A DNA stretch of 64,000 bases from the NCBI GenBank assembly GCA_963697745.1, contig CAVOPD010000009.1, positions 20,898-84,897 on the forward strand, read 5' to 3'. Position numbers and translations under genes: made by a program. Positions 33,738 to 43,921 of this stretch are shown here, one piece after another (positions within the stretch are counted from its first letter, which is position 1; every line of letters begins with the position of its first letter). Below the pieces are notes generated by a model. It searched no databases, was not told the DNA's origin, and was given only the letters and a program-made list of their open reading frames with translations. The DNA comes from an uncultured Acidobacteriota bacterium (GTDB taxonomy: Bacteria > Acidobacteriota > Vicinamibacteria > Vicinamibacterales > CAVVIG01).

Positions 33738-35404
33738 TCAGCGTTCTTGTCGCTGTCCGCGGACACCGCGTTGCCACTCTTCTGCGAGGGCGCGTGCCTC
33801 CTCGATCGATTGGCCGAGGACGTTGCGGGCGGGAACGATGTGCACCACACCGCCGATGTCGAGTTTGCCGGACCTGCGAAGCTGTGCGGCGACGGGTTCG
33901 CTGACACCCGCCAGGTACAATCGCCCGCCTGCCTCTGCCAGCGAGTCCGCATAGTCGGCGAGCACATCGATCAACGTGGCGCCCACGCTGGAACGGCCAC
34001 GCAGCCTGAGCACCACCGCAGGCCTCTCAGCACCGTCAGCGCTGGGGAGCGAGTCTGCCAGCGTGCGCGCGCCCGCGAAGAACAGGCTGCCGTGGACATC
34101 GAGGACGAGAATCGCCTCGCTTTCCAGCCGCGGCGGCGGAGATTGTTCAGCGACCCTCCCATTGCCGACCGGCACCAGTGCCCGAACACGGACGTCGGAT
34201 GCCGAAGCGGAGAGATACAGGATGACCGTCAACAGGACACCGGTTCCCACAGCCATCGGAATCGAAAGGAACAACGTCGCCGCGAAGGTCACGACAATGG
34301 CCAGGCGCGCGGATCCGCCGGTGTTCCAGATGGAGCGGGCCTCGCGAAAATCCAGAGCGCTGATGCCCGACATGATCATCAGCGCTGCCAGTACCGTCAG
34401 CGGAACCTGACTTACCAGGCGGCGAGCCGTCAGGACGATGACCAGCATCCATACGCCGCCCAGGATGCCGGCCCATCGAGTCCGTGCGCCGACCGCCACG
34501 TTCAACGCCGTTTGCCCGACGGAACCGCCGGCTGGAATGCCCGACAACAGGCCGCTGGCGATATTCGCGGCTCCTTGGGCGATAAGATCCCGGGACGGAT
34601 TCACGGGACGGTCGTCGGGGTTCTCCACACTCTGGCTGACACCCGCACCTTGCACTCCGACGACCACGGCAATGGCAAACGCGGCAGTAATCAGCTGGGG
34701 TGTGAGGAGCGCGAGATTGGGCAATGCGGGTATCGGGATTCCGCTGGGAATCGGGCTCACGTCTCGCGACCCGCTGAACGTCCTTCCAATGGAACAGCTG
34801 CGACCACCACCGTGGGCACGACGACTGCGACGGCTGAGGAGAGATTTCCAACGACGGTGCGTCCCAGTCCAATCGCCAGGCCCAAAGCGACCATTCCGGT
34901 GAGAATCGTCGGCACGCTGAAATCGGACGCGCGCGTCAGCAGGTCGAAAAATTGCGCTACTTCATTGCTGCCCTGCGCGTTGACGCCGACAAACGGCGCC
35001 GACTGGTCCAGAATGAGCAACACCGCCACGCCTCCCAGAAATCCCGTCATGACGGCATGGGAGATGAATCGGACGAGACGGCCGGCTCGAAGCAGGCCAA
35101 AGAGCGCAAGCCACACACCAATCAGCGTAACCAGCAGGAACAACGCACCGTCTCGATCGCCTGCGGGATACCCGGCAATGACCTGGCCGGCCGCCAGCGC
35201 TGAGGCAGTGGTTGTGGCGATCTGCATCAGCTGCGCACTGACCAGCGCGCTGCCGGCAATTGGTGCGGCGATGCTGGTGCAGAGCCCGTACACGGGATTT
35301 ACGCCCGCCAGAGTCGCTGACGCGAGCCCGTCAGGGACGCTGACAACGGCGTTCACAAATGCCGGCGACCGTGTCCTTGCGGACACTACTGCTCGTCGCG
35401 TCAT
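33738..35404 (-). pseudogene. SulP-family anion permease with a STAS domain, paralogue of the previous gene; one frame change near 34760
   Basis: ORFs 34757..35824(-) (true start ATG at 35404, MTRRAVVS...VVSVPDGLASATLAGVNPVYGL) and 33738..34760(-) (…DLIAQGAANIASGLLSGIPAGGSVGQT…VLDVHGSLFFAGARTLADSLP…LRLRGRSSVGATLIDVLADYADSLAEAGGRLYLAGV) abut each other. Confidence 0.8.
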
Positions 35405-35638
35405 GCGATCTCGGTCTGCCGGCCGGCTGGACCCTCCGGGTGTTCGGTTCACCCACCTGGCGATTATGCGGGACGGCGTGGGGTCAAGACGCAAAGGCGG
35501 CCGAATTCTGGTTGGACCGAGGCGATGGGTTCGGCATGATATTTGGGTTTGAGCGCAGTCCAACAACGCGCCATCAAGCGAGGACGCGGAGTTTTTTTGA
35601 TGCGCTGGCTGCGGACTCCACCGCAGAGAGGTGACCAG

Positions 35639-35809
35639 ATGAAGCCAAAGGTCGGGATTATTGGAGACGGCAACGTCGGCAGTGCGTTGCGGCGCGGCCT
35701 CGAGCGGGCGAGTTACGAAGTTCGCGCCGTCGGCAAAGGCCAGGTGACAGAGACAGGCCGCTGTGCTGACGTCGTCATGCTCGCGGGACTGAAGCTGGTG
35801 CGCCGCTAA
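35639..35809 (+). pseudogene. Remnant of a Rossmann-fold NAD(P)-binding oxidoreductase (NADPH-dependent F420-reductase-like N-terminus), about 50 codons
   Basis: MKPKVGIIGDGNVGSALRRGLERASYEVRAVGK...ADVVMLA is followed by unrelated residues and a stop. The full-length family is about 210-230 aa. Confidence 0.45.
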
Positions 35810-35836
35810 CGTTGGCTGCCGCAAGGGGGTATTGCT

Positions 35837-37448
35837 GTGACCAACACTCCGCAGGACTACGATTTCGTGATCGTCGGCGGCGGCTCCGCGGGCGCGATCG
35901 TCACTGCACGACTCGCCGAGAATCCCGACAACAGGGTTCTTGTCCTCGAAGCGGGCCCAGAAAACACGAGCTACTGGTCTCGCGTGCCGCTCGGATTTGC
36001 CAAGATCCTGTTTAACCCCAAGTTCATGTGGCTCGATTGGAAGACGCAGCCCGACGAATCACTCGGCGGGACTGTGTACGGCCTGCCGCATGGCAAGCTC
36101 CTGGGCGGGTCCAGCGCGATTAACGGATTGGTGCACGTCCGCGGCAATCCCGGTGACTACGACGATTGGGAGAAGGCGGGAGCGACTGGCTGGAATTACT
36201 CGTCGCTTCTGCCATACTTCAAGAAGTCGGAGCACGACTCGCGCGGTGACACCGAGTTCCACGGCGGCAGCGGCCCGTTCAAAGTCGAACCGGCGCGGTG
36301 GAAGAACCCTCTCGCAGATGCGTTCATCGACACCGCCTGCCGCGTACTCGGAGTGCCACGGAACGACGATTTCAACCGCAACAACATCGAGGGCGCCGGG
36401 TACCTGGGATCTGGCGACCTGGAACGGGCGCCGCACCTCGACCGACGTCGCGTACCTGAAGCCGGCGCGCAAGAAGACGAACGTCGCCGTCACCACCGAG
36501 GCCACCGTCACGCGCATCGACTTCGACGGTCGGCGAGCAACGGGAGTGCGCTATCGCAGGGACGGGCAGGAGTACCGGATTTCTGCCCGCCGTGACGTGG
36601 TCCTCGCCGCCGGCGCGCTGCACACCCCGCAGTTGCTGCAGGTCAGCGGCGTGGGGCCTGGTGCTCTGCTGCAGCGTCTCGGCATCCCCGTCGTCCACGA
36701 CCTGCCCGGCGTGGGCGAGAATCTCATGGACCATGTTCAGTACGGCGCGAAGTTCAAGACGAGCAGCCCCCATACTTTCAACAGGAAAGTCGGCTCGTGG
36801 TTCACGCAGGCGATCGAGGGCGTCAAGTACTACCTGCTGCCGCGCAATGGTCCGTTAAATATCGGGGCGTCGCTGGCGGGAGCATTCTTCCGCACTGCCC
36901 CGGCGCTGTCCGAGCCAAACATCCAACTCCACTTCCTCCCGTTCATGCCGGGCGACAAAGGCTGGGACCTGGCGGACTTCTCGGGCTTCCGGCTGGGGAT
37001 GTACCAAGGGCGGCCTCATTCGCGCGGGTACGCGCGGATTACGTCGCCGAGCGTCGACGATCAGCCCGACTTGGTCTTCAACCATCTCTCTCACGAGGAG
37101 GATGTCATCGTGGCGATGGCCGGTATGCGAGCGGCGATGAAGATCGGGGCGGCGATGCCCTCCGACCTCGAAATCGAGCAAATCGCGCCGAAGCAGAACC
37201 CATCGGACGACGAGCTGCTGCAGTACATCAAGAAGACGTCGGATACGGCGTTTCACTTCGCGGGCACCGCCCGAATGGGCACTGACGACATGGCGGCCGT
37301 CGACCCGACGACCATGCGAGTTCGCGGGATAGAGGGGCTGCGCGTAGTCGACGCCTCGGTCCTGCCGGGGGAGGTCACTGGGAACATCCATCCGGCGGTC
37401 ATCGGCGTTGCCGAGCGAGCGTCCGACCTGATCAAGGCCTCTCGCTGA
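35837..37448 (+). pseudogene. GMC-family (choline-dehydrogenase-like) FAD oxidoreductase with one frame change near 36400-36420
   Basis: DYDFVIVGGGSAGAIVTARLAE...GKLLGGSSAINGLVHVRG in frame 35837 is followed by NGRRTSTDVAYLKPA...VVLAAGALHTPQLLQVSGVGP...FHFAGTARMG...GLRVVDASVLP in frame 35940..37448. Confidence 0.85.
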
Positions 37449-38002
37449 GTAAGACTCGGCATTCAGGTACCGGTCGCGAGACGCCACGGAGGCCGGGTCT
37501 GGCACGCGCTCACGATCCACGATCCCTGACCGGTGAACAGTAGGTACGCATCGCCTGCGAACTATTGAGGCAACCAGACGGCCTGCAAGGTGCCGCCGCG
37601 ATGGCTGCGGTCTCTTTTGGGCCTGTTCGAGCATTTGGGCTCACGGTCACAAGCTATCGAGAAGGCATTGCCGCGGCGTTCAGGGACTGAAGGGCGCCGC
37701 ATTCCCAAGCACCCGCTGCGAGCAATCTGTCACTCTATGACCGAAATAATCGTCCTTCGCTCCAAGGCGAATCACTCATCGGGCTGTGGTCTCCGGCGCG
37801 CTCATCGGTGGCACTGAAATTGTGCTCCGGTTCCGCGTTTAGCGCACGCCACGACGACCGCTGTTATGCTGGCGCCTGCGACAACGGGTTCCGGTCGCCA
37901 GGGCCAGACCAGGATGTGACACGCGCCGCCAGGTGAACCGATTCGGTGATTCGACGTCCTCCTGTATGAGGTTTCTGAACGCTGCAGCAGACGAAACACG
38001 AC

Positions 38003-40297
38003 ATGCGCGGCACATCTCTCGAGAGCATGGCATCTGAACGTCGCGTCGCCGGCGCGGCCGGGTCCCCGACGCGCGCGCTGGTTCTTGCGACGATCTCATT
38101 CGCAGTGTCGTTCGCCGCATGGGGCCTCGTCGGCGGACTGGCCTCCGTTTTCACTGCCCTCTACCGACTAAACGCGTCTGAGACCGCATTCCTGGTGGCA
38201 GTGCCAGTGCTGCTCGGCTCGTTGGCGCGGTTGCCGATGGGCATGCTGACCGATCGCTTTGGCGGACGCGTGGTCTTCACTTCGCTGCTTGCCTTCTCCT
38301 CGCTCGCCGCGTTCATCGTGCCGCTGACCGGCAGCTACGGCGCACTCCTCATCGCGGCATTTCTCATCGGCATGCCGGGATCGTCCTTCGCGGTCGGAGC
38401 CGCGTTCGTCTCTCGGTGGACCCCGGCGGCTCGCCAAGGGACGGCCCTCGGCGTCTATGGGCTCGGGACGATGGGCCAGTCGCTGGCCGTCTTCGTCGGC
38501 CCGCTGGTGGCCGCTCGCTTGGGATGGGAGGTCGTATTTCAGGGTACAGGCGCAATTCTCCTTGTTTGGGCTGCCGCCTACGTCCTGATCGCCCGGAATC
38601 CTCCACCGGCCGGTCGTCCGGCCACGGTGGCTGCGATGATGGCGATCCTGCGTGGAGCGCCGACCGCATGGCTGCTCGGCGCTTTTTACTTTCTGACATT
38701 CGGCGGCTTCGTCGCATTCTCGGTCTATCTGCCGACGCTGTTGCGTGCTGAGTTCGGTCTCGCCCCCGCCGACGCCGGACTCCGAGCGGCAGGATTTGTC
38801 GTACTCGCCACGCTGATGCGGCCGGTCGGGGGGTGGCTGGCGGACCGGATCGGCGGTGCCCAGGTCTTGTCGTGGGTCTTCGGCGGCGTCGCGCTGTTTT
38901 CACTGCTCCTGACGTGGCCGTCCATGGTGCCGTTCACGGTCGGGGCACTCGGGTGCGCGATGCTGATGGGATTGGGCAACGGCGCCGTCTTCAAGCTGGT
39001 GCCGGAGCACTTCCCGAGAGATACGGGCACGGTGACTGGCCTTGTCGGCGCCCTCGGCGGCCTGGGCGGGTTCTTCCCGCCACTTTTGCTGGGTGTCTTC
39101 ACCGATCGTCTGGGCGCTCTCTGGCCTGGGTTCCTCCTGCTGTCGGCGACGGCACTGGTGCTGCGCGTCGCCAACCAGCGCGTCTTCCATCCCGGCGACG
39201 TTGCGTGGAAGCAGTCCCTGCCCGCGGCCGCGCGCCAGGCGCTCGAGCGCGTCAGGGCCGGCGCATGGGCAGCACTCGTCACCGCCACGCTCGCGGCGGC
39301 AATCGTCGTTGGGTCGCGCAAGCTGCAGCACTTCGACGCGGCTCTGATCGGCTACACGTTCGCGACGCTCTTCGCCGCGTTCGGGATCAGTTATCGCTAT
39401 GCGATGTGGCTGCAACGTCCGCCGACACGCATGTACTGGAGGCGCGGGTGGCAGGCCTTCTTCTCACGGCGCGCGCTGGCCGGCAACACGGTCCGTCTGG
39501 GAGGTCGCGCGCTCCTGGAGTTTGCCGCCAACGCGTACATCTTCCGGCGCGGCCGACTCCGCGGCCTCGCGCACTGGATGATCATGTGGGGCTGCGTGCT
39601 CGCCGCGGCGATCACCTTTCCGCTGGTCTGGGGCTGGATTCACTTCGAGACCGTCCCAGGCGACCTGCACCTGTATCGCACGTTCGTGTTCGGCATGCCG
39701 ATGCAGGACTTCCCCGTGGAGTCCGCCTTGGCGTTCGTCATCTTTCACGGGCTCGTGTGGTGCTCGTTTCTCGTCATTGCCGGCGTGATGCTCGCCTTTC
39801 GCCGCCGCATGATCGATCACGGGGCCGTCGCGCTGCAGCAGTTCGGGCAGGACATTCTTCCATTGCTGCTGCTCTTCGCGATCAGTGTCACCGGCCTGAT
39901 GTTGACAGCGAGTTATACGTGGATGCGGGGCTATGCGTATGACTTCCTCGCGATTCTCCATGCGGCCACGGTGATCGTCACACTCCTCTGGCTGCCGTTC
40001 GGCAAGCTGTTTCACGTATTCCAACGGCCGGCGCAACTCGGTGTCGGTTTTTACAAGGACGCGGGCGCGCGCGGGGACCAGGCGGCGTGCCGGCGCTGCG
40101 GGCAACCTTATGCGTCCCAGCTGATGGTCGGCGACCTCACCATCGTCGAGCGCGAACTCGGGTTTCGCTACGAGTTGCCGGGCGGCAGCCACTACCAGGA
40201 CGTCTGCCCCAAGTGTCGGCGCGCACTCTTCGGTTTGGCACAGGGGGCGTTGTGGCAGCACTACCTCAACGCCCGTGACGAACGAGAGGCAGGGTAG
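38003..40297 (+). CDS. Fusion protein: NarK-type MFS nitrate/nitrite transporter, NarI/DsrM-like cytochrome b membrane domain, and a C-terminal Cys4 ribbon
   Basis: Intact 764-aa ORF; the start may instead be ATG at 38027. Residues 1 to about 430 are 12-TM MFS text ([32 protein letters not shown]). Residues about 440-690 form additional TM helices with His-bearing motifs ([27 protein letters not shown]) and [13 protein letters not shown]. The protein ends with CRRCG-x35-CPKC. Confidence 0.8.
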   Translation: MRGTSLESMASERRVAGAAGSPTRALVLATISFAVSFAAWGLVGGLASVFTALYRLNASETAFLVAVPVLLGSLARLPMGMLTDRFGGRVVFTSLLAFSSLAAFIVPLTGSYGALLIAAFLIGMPGSSFAVGAAFVSRWTPAARQGTALGVYGLGTMGQSLAVFVGPLVAARLGWEVVFQGTGAILLVWAAAYVLIARNPPPAGRPATVAAMMAILRGAPTAWLLGAFYFLTFGGFVAFSVYLPTLLRAEFGLAPADAGLRAAGFVVLATLMRPVGGWLADRIGGAQVLSWVFGGVALFSLLLTWPSMVPFTVGALGCAMLMGLGNGAVFKLVPEHFPRDTGTVTGLVGALGGLGGFFPPLLLGVFTDRLGALWPGFLLLSATALVLRVANQRVFHPGDVAWKQSLPAAARQALERVRAGAWAALVTATLAAAIVVGSRKLQHFDAALIGYTFATLFAAFGISYRYAMWLQRPPTRMYWRRGWQAFFSRRALAGNTVRLGGRALLEFAANAYIFRRGRLRGLAHWMIMWGCVLAAAITFPLVWGWIHFETVPGDLHLYRTFVFGMPMQDFPVESALAFVIFHGLVWCSFLVIAGVMLAFRRRMIDHGAVALQQFGQDILPLLLLFAISVTGLMLTASYTWMRGYAYDFLAILHAATVIVTLLWLPFGKLFHVFQRPAQLGVGFYKDAGARGDQAACRRCGQPYASQLMVGDLTIVERELGFRYELPGGSHYQDVCPKCRRALFGLAQGALWQHYLNARDEREAG

Positions 40298-40302
40298 GCG
40301 GC

Positions 40303-42576
40303 GTGGCAGAAATTCCGGTTGATCCGCTTCGCATCATCGAACGCTTCGGGCCGCACCTGTCCGCGATGACGGGCGTTCGCCTCTCGACCAGTGTTGAACC
40401 CGATCGGCTCGTGAAGACCCACTGCTGCTTTTGCGGACAGCAATGCGGCATTCAGTTGAAGGTCCGCGACAACGAAGTGATCGGCTTCGAGCCGTGGGAG
40501 GACTTCCCGTTCAATCGCGGCATGTTGTGCCCGAAGGGCGTGAAGCGCTATCTGCAGGGCTCGCATCCTGACCGGTTGCTGACGGCGCTGCAGCGGGATA
40601 CATCGGCGGCTTCGGGATTCAGTCCGCTGCCATACAGAGACGCGATCAGCCGCGTGGCCTCCGAAATCACCCGTATCCAGCAGAACCACGGCGCCGGCGC
40701 CGTCGCCGTCCTCGGCGGAGCCAGCCTGACTACCGAGAAAACCTACCTGCTCGGCAAGTTCGCGCGCGTGTGTCTCAAGACGCCCTTCATTGATTACAAC
40801 GGACGGCTATGCATGGTCAGCGCTGGCGCCGCGAACAAAAAGGCGTTCGGCATCGATCGCACGACCAGTCCGTGGTCCGACATGGTCGGTACGGATGTGA
40901 TTTGGATTGCGGGTTCCAACGTTGCCGAGTGCTCGCCCATTACGACGAACTACATCTGGCAGGCGCGCGAGCAGGGCGCGAAGATTATCATCCAGGATCC
41001 GCGCATCACGCCGGCGGCCCGGACCTGCGACTTGTACCTGCCGGTGAAGCCGGGGCGCGACGCGGCGCTGTTCGCCGGCGTGCTGCAGATCATGATCGAG
41101 CGCGACTGGGTCGACCACTCGTTCATCGAGACGCATACCGTCGGCTTCGAGCAGGTGGCTGAGTACTGCCGTGAATGGACGCTGCCGCGCACCGCCGAGG
41201 TGACCGGCGTACCGCGGCGTGCATTGATGCAGGCCGCTGAATGGTGGGGAACGGCCAAAACGAGCTTCCTCTTCCATGCCCGCGGTATCGAGCATCACTC
41301 CAACGGTGTCCAGAACTCGCTTGGCACCATCAATCTCGTGCTCGCATCGGGCCGGATCGGCAAGCCGAAGAGCGGCTACGGCACCATCGTCGGCCAGGCC
41401 AACGGCCAGGGTGGCCGTGAGCACGGGCAGAAGTGTGATCAGCTTCCAGGCTGGCGCGACATCAGCAATCCCGAGCACCGGAACTACATCGCCGGCGTGT
41501 GGGGGATCGACGAGCAGGAGTTGCCCGGTCCGGGCGTTGACGCTTACGAGTTGTTCCGCAAGATCGATCGCGGTGAGATCAAAGGGCTGCTGTCGATCTG
41601 CTTCAATCCGAAGGTCTCGCTGCCGGACAACACTTTTGTCACGCGCTGCCTCGAGAAGCTCGAGTTCTACGCCGCCATCGACTTCTTCCTGAACGACACC
41701 GCCTGGCACGCCGACGTCGTCCTGCCGGGGAGCCTGCATGAGGAAGACGAAGGCACCGTGACGCAGGTAGAAGGGCGCATCATCAAGATCAACAAGGCCG
41801 TGGACTGTCCGGGCGACGCGCGCGAGGATTGGCGCATCATCCAGGACATCGCGCAGGCGCTCGGCCGCCCGCATGGGTTCACCTTCACCGAGCCGCGTGA
41901 GATCTTCGAGGAATTGCGCGTCGCCAGCAAAGGCGGGGTCGCGGACTACTCGGGAGTAACTTACGAGAAGATCACGCAGCACTTCGGGGTCTTCTGGCCG
42001 TGCTACAGCCAGGACCCCCGGACGGGTGCGGCGCTCGATGACCATCCAGGCACACCGCGGCTGTTCGAGCAGGGCAGCTACAATCCCGTCGCCAAAGGGA
42101 GTGGACCGTTCTACTTCCCTGACGGCCGCGCGCGGTTCAATGTCGCCGACTATCGCCCGCCGGTGGACGATGCGAGCGAGGAATATCCGATTTACCTGAC
42201 AACGGGCCGGGTCGTTAGTCAGTTCTTGTCCGGTACCCAGACGCGCCGCATCGGACCGCTGGTCAAGCAGTACCCGGAGCCGCGGATTGAGATGCATCCG
42301 CGGCTGGCGGCGAAGCTCGGGATTGCGGAGGGCGACTGGACGACCGCCGAAACTCGCCGCGGGACCATCACCCTGAAGGCACAGGTGGTCACCACGATCC
42401 GCCCGGACACGATCTTCATCCCGTACCACTGGGCCGGCCGGAAGAGTGCGAATCAGTTGACCGTTGCCGCACAGGATCCGATCAGCAAGATCCCGCAGTA
42501 CAAGGTGTGCGGCTGCCGCGTCCGAAAGGCGGACGCACCACCGGATTACGAGACGGTGCTCGAGCCGCAGCAATAG
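40303..42576 (+). CDS. Molybdopterin (Mo-bisPGD) oxidoreductase catalytic subunit, assimilatory-nitrate-reductase-like (NarB/NasA-type)
   Basis: Intact 757-aa ORF starting 5 nt after the transporter stop. The N-terminal 4Fe-4S motif is [10 protein letters not shown]...NRGMLCPKG. The body text is typical: [60 protein letters not shown]. There is no twin-arginine leader and no in-frame TGA. Confidence 0.85.
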   Translation: MAEIPVDPLRIIERFGPHLSAMTGVRLSTSVEPDRLVKTHCCFCGQQCGIQLKVRDNEVIGFEPWEDFPFNRGMLCPKGVKRYLQGSHPDRLLTALQRDTSAASGFSPLPYRDAISRVASEITRIQQNHGAGAVAVLGGASLTTEKTYLLGKFARVCLKTPFIDYNGRLCMVSAGAANKKAFGIDRTTSPWSDMVGTDVIWIAGSNVAECSPITTNYIWQAREQGAKIIIQDPRITPAARTCDLYLPVKPGRDAALFAGVLQIMIERDWVDHSFIETHTVGFEQVAEYCREWTLPRTAEVTGVPRRALMQAAEWWGTAKTSFLFHARGIEHHSNGVQNSLGTINLVLASGRIGKPKSGYGTIVGQANGQGGREHGQKCDQLPGWRDISNPEHRNYIAGVWGIDEQELPGPGVDAYELFRKIDRGEIKGLLSICFNPKVSLPDNTFVTRCLEKLEFYAAIDFFLNDTAWHADVVLPGSLHEEDEGTVTQVEGRIIKINKAVDCPGDAREDWRIIQDIAQALGRPHGFTFTEPREIFEELRVASKGGVADYSGVTYEKITQHFGVFWPCYSQDPRTGAALDDHPGTPRLFEQGSYNPVAKGSGPFYFPDGRARFNVADYRPPVDDASEEYPIYLTTGRVVSQFLSGTQTRRIGPLVKQYPEPRIEMHPRLAAKLGIAEGDWTTAETRRGTITLKAQVVTTIRPDTIFIPYHWAGRKSANQLTVAAQDPISKIPQYKVCGCRVRKADAPPDYETVLEPQQ

Positions 42577-42593
42577 ACGGGCAGGACGTTGAC

Positions 42594-43271
42594 ATGGCCA
42601 AGCCGGACTACCTGCACTTTTTCATCGATCCGAATCGCTGCATCGGCTGTCAGTCATGTCTGCAGGCGTGCTCGGAGTGCGACACGCATCGTGGCGAGTC
42701 GATGATTCATCTCGAATACGTGAACCGATCGGAAAGTGTGCAGACCGTGCCGGTCGTCTGCATGCACTGCGAGCAGCCCACCTGCGCGGAAGTCTGTCCG
42801 GCGGATGCGATCAAGCGCACCGGCGACGGCGTGGTGCAATCAGCCAGGAAGCCGCGTTGCATTGCCTGCGGCAACTGTGTCGTTGCCTGCCCGTTCGGTG
42901 TGCCCGAACTCTACGAAGACCGCAAGATCATGATGAAGTGCGACATGTGCTACGACCGGACGAGCGTCGGCAGGAAGCCGATGTGCGCCACGGTGTGCCC
43001 GAGCCAGGCGCTCTTCTTCGGCACGCGCGAGCAAATCGAACAGTTACGTCCGCGCTCCACGCCGGTCAACACGTTCCAGTTCGGCCACCAGACGATTACC
43101 ACGCAGGTCTACGTGATGGTGCCGCGCAACCTGGCAATCACTGCCCCGCACGTCGATGTCACTGCCGCCATGGATGAGCGGCCCCGGAACCGTGCCGTGT
43201 CGCTCAAGGTGGTGAGCACGCCCGACGGTGTGTCAGACGAGAGTGATCCTTATGCCGAGGTCGAGGTTTAG
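42594..43271 (+). CDS. Four-cluster 4Fe-4S ferredoxin-type electron-transfer subunit (DmsB/FdhB/HybA-like)
   Basis: [52 protein letters not shown] and CDMCYDR...CATVCP give four Cys groups. There is no signal peptide. Confidence 0.85.
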   Translation: MAKPDYLHFFIDPNRCIGCQSCLQACSECDTHRGESMIHLEYVNRSESVQTVPVVCMHCEQPTCAEVCPADAIKRTGDGVVQSARKPRCIACGNCVVACPFGVPELYEDRKIMMKCDMCYDRTSVGRKPMCATVCPSQALFFGTREQIEQLRPRSTPVNTFQFGHQTITTQVYVMVPRNLAITAPHVDVTAAMDERPRNRAVSLKVVSTPDGVSDESDPYAEVEV

Positions 43272-43273
43272 CG

Positions 43274-43921
43274 ATGGCAGATGCCCGATCCGATCCCCGC
43301 CGACCAGTCGATCCAGCGATCAACTCGCCAGGCCGTGAAGGCCTAACCGGCACGGCAACCGCCAACCTCTATGCACCTGGCTTCGAGCGCGAGCAGATCA
43401 CAATCGCACCTGACTTCACGCCGGCCGGTGTCCAGCCAGCCTGGCGGCAGGATTTTCCGATCGACTGGCCGCAGGACCTGTACGTCGAACGCCGGGACTT
43501 CATGAAGTTCCTCGTCTTGACCAGCGCCGCGTTCACACTTGGGCAGGTGTCGATTGGCATTCAGAACTGGTATCGAAAGCGCAGCGGTCGACCGGCCATG
43601 CAGCGGATCGCGTCCGTCGACGATCTCGCGATCGGCGGGGCAGTTGTCTTCACCTATCCGAACGAGCGCGAACCCTGTCTCCTCGTGCGGCTGACGACGA
43701 GCGACTTCGTCGCTTTCAGCCAGCAGTGCACGCACCTGTCGTGTGCCGTGATTCCACGGCCGGCCGAGGGCAGCTTCTATTGTCCCTGTCACGAAGGACG
43801 ATTCGATCTGCGAACGGGCGTGCCCACCGCTGGGCCGCCGCGCCGGCCGCTGACCCGAGTCGTGCTCGACATCAGGGGACAAGACATCTACGCCGTAAGC
43901 GTCGAGGAGCGGACGACATGA
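43274..43921 (+). CDS. Membrane-anchored Rieske [2Fe-2S] protein
   Basis: Intact 215-aa ORF. The Rieske motif is CTHLSCAV-x13-CPCHEGRF. A single TM helix, FLVLTSAAFTLGQVSIGI, is preceded by ERRDFMKF (Tat-like) at residues 72-79. The start lies 2 nt after the previous stop. Confidence 0.85.
   Translation: MADARSDPRRPVDPAINSPGREGLTGTATANLYAPGFEREQITIAPDFTPAGVQPAWRQDFPIDWPQDLYVERRDFMKFLVLTSAAFTLGQVSIGIQNWYRKRSGRPAMQRIASVDDLAIGGAVVFTYPNEREPCLLVRLTTSDFVAFSQQCTHLSCAVIPRPAEGSFYCPCHEGRFDLRTGVPTAGPPRRPLTRVVLDIRGQDIYAVSVEERTT

Noticed and set aside
33615-35552. A 645-aa + strand ORF.
   Set aside because: It is antisense to the well-supported SulP-2 permease and its translation is Arg/Gln/His-rich nonsense.
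40807-42573. A 588-aa minus-strand ORF.
   Set aside because: It is antisense to the intact molybdopterin oxidoreductase and has no domain-like text.
40303-42576. The possibility that the Mo enzyme is a selenocysteine formate dehydrogenase or a Tat-exported periplasmic enzyme.
   Set aside because: The ORF has no in-frame TGA, and the N-terminus ([18 protein letters not shown]) has no twin-arginine motif. Adjacency to a NarK-type transporter favours a nitrate-type substrate, but this is not proven.
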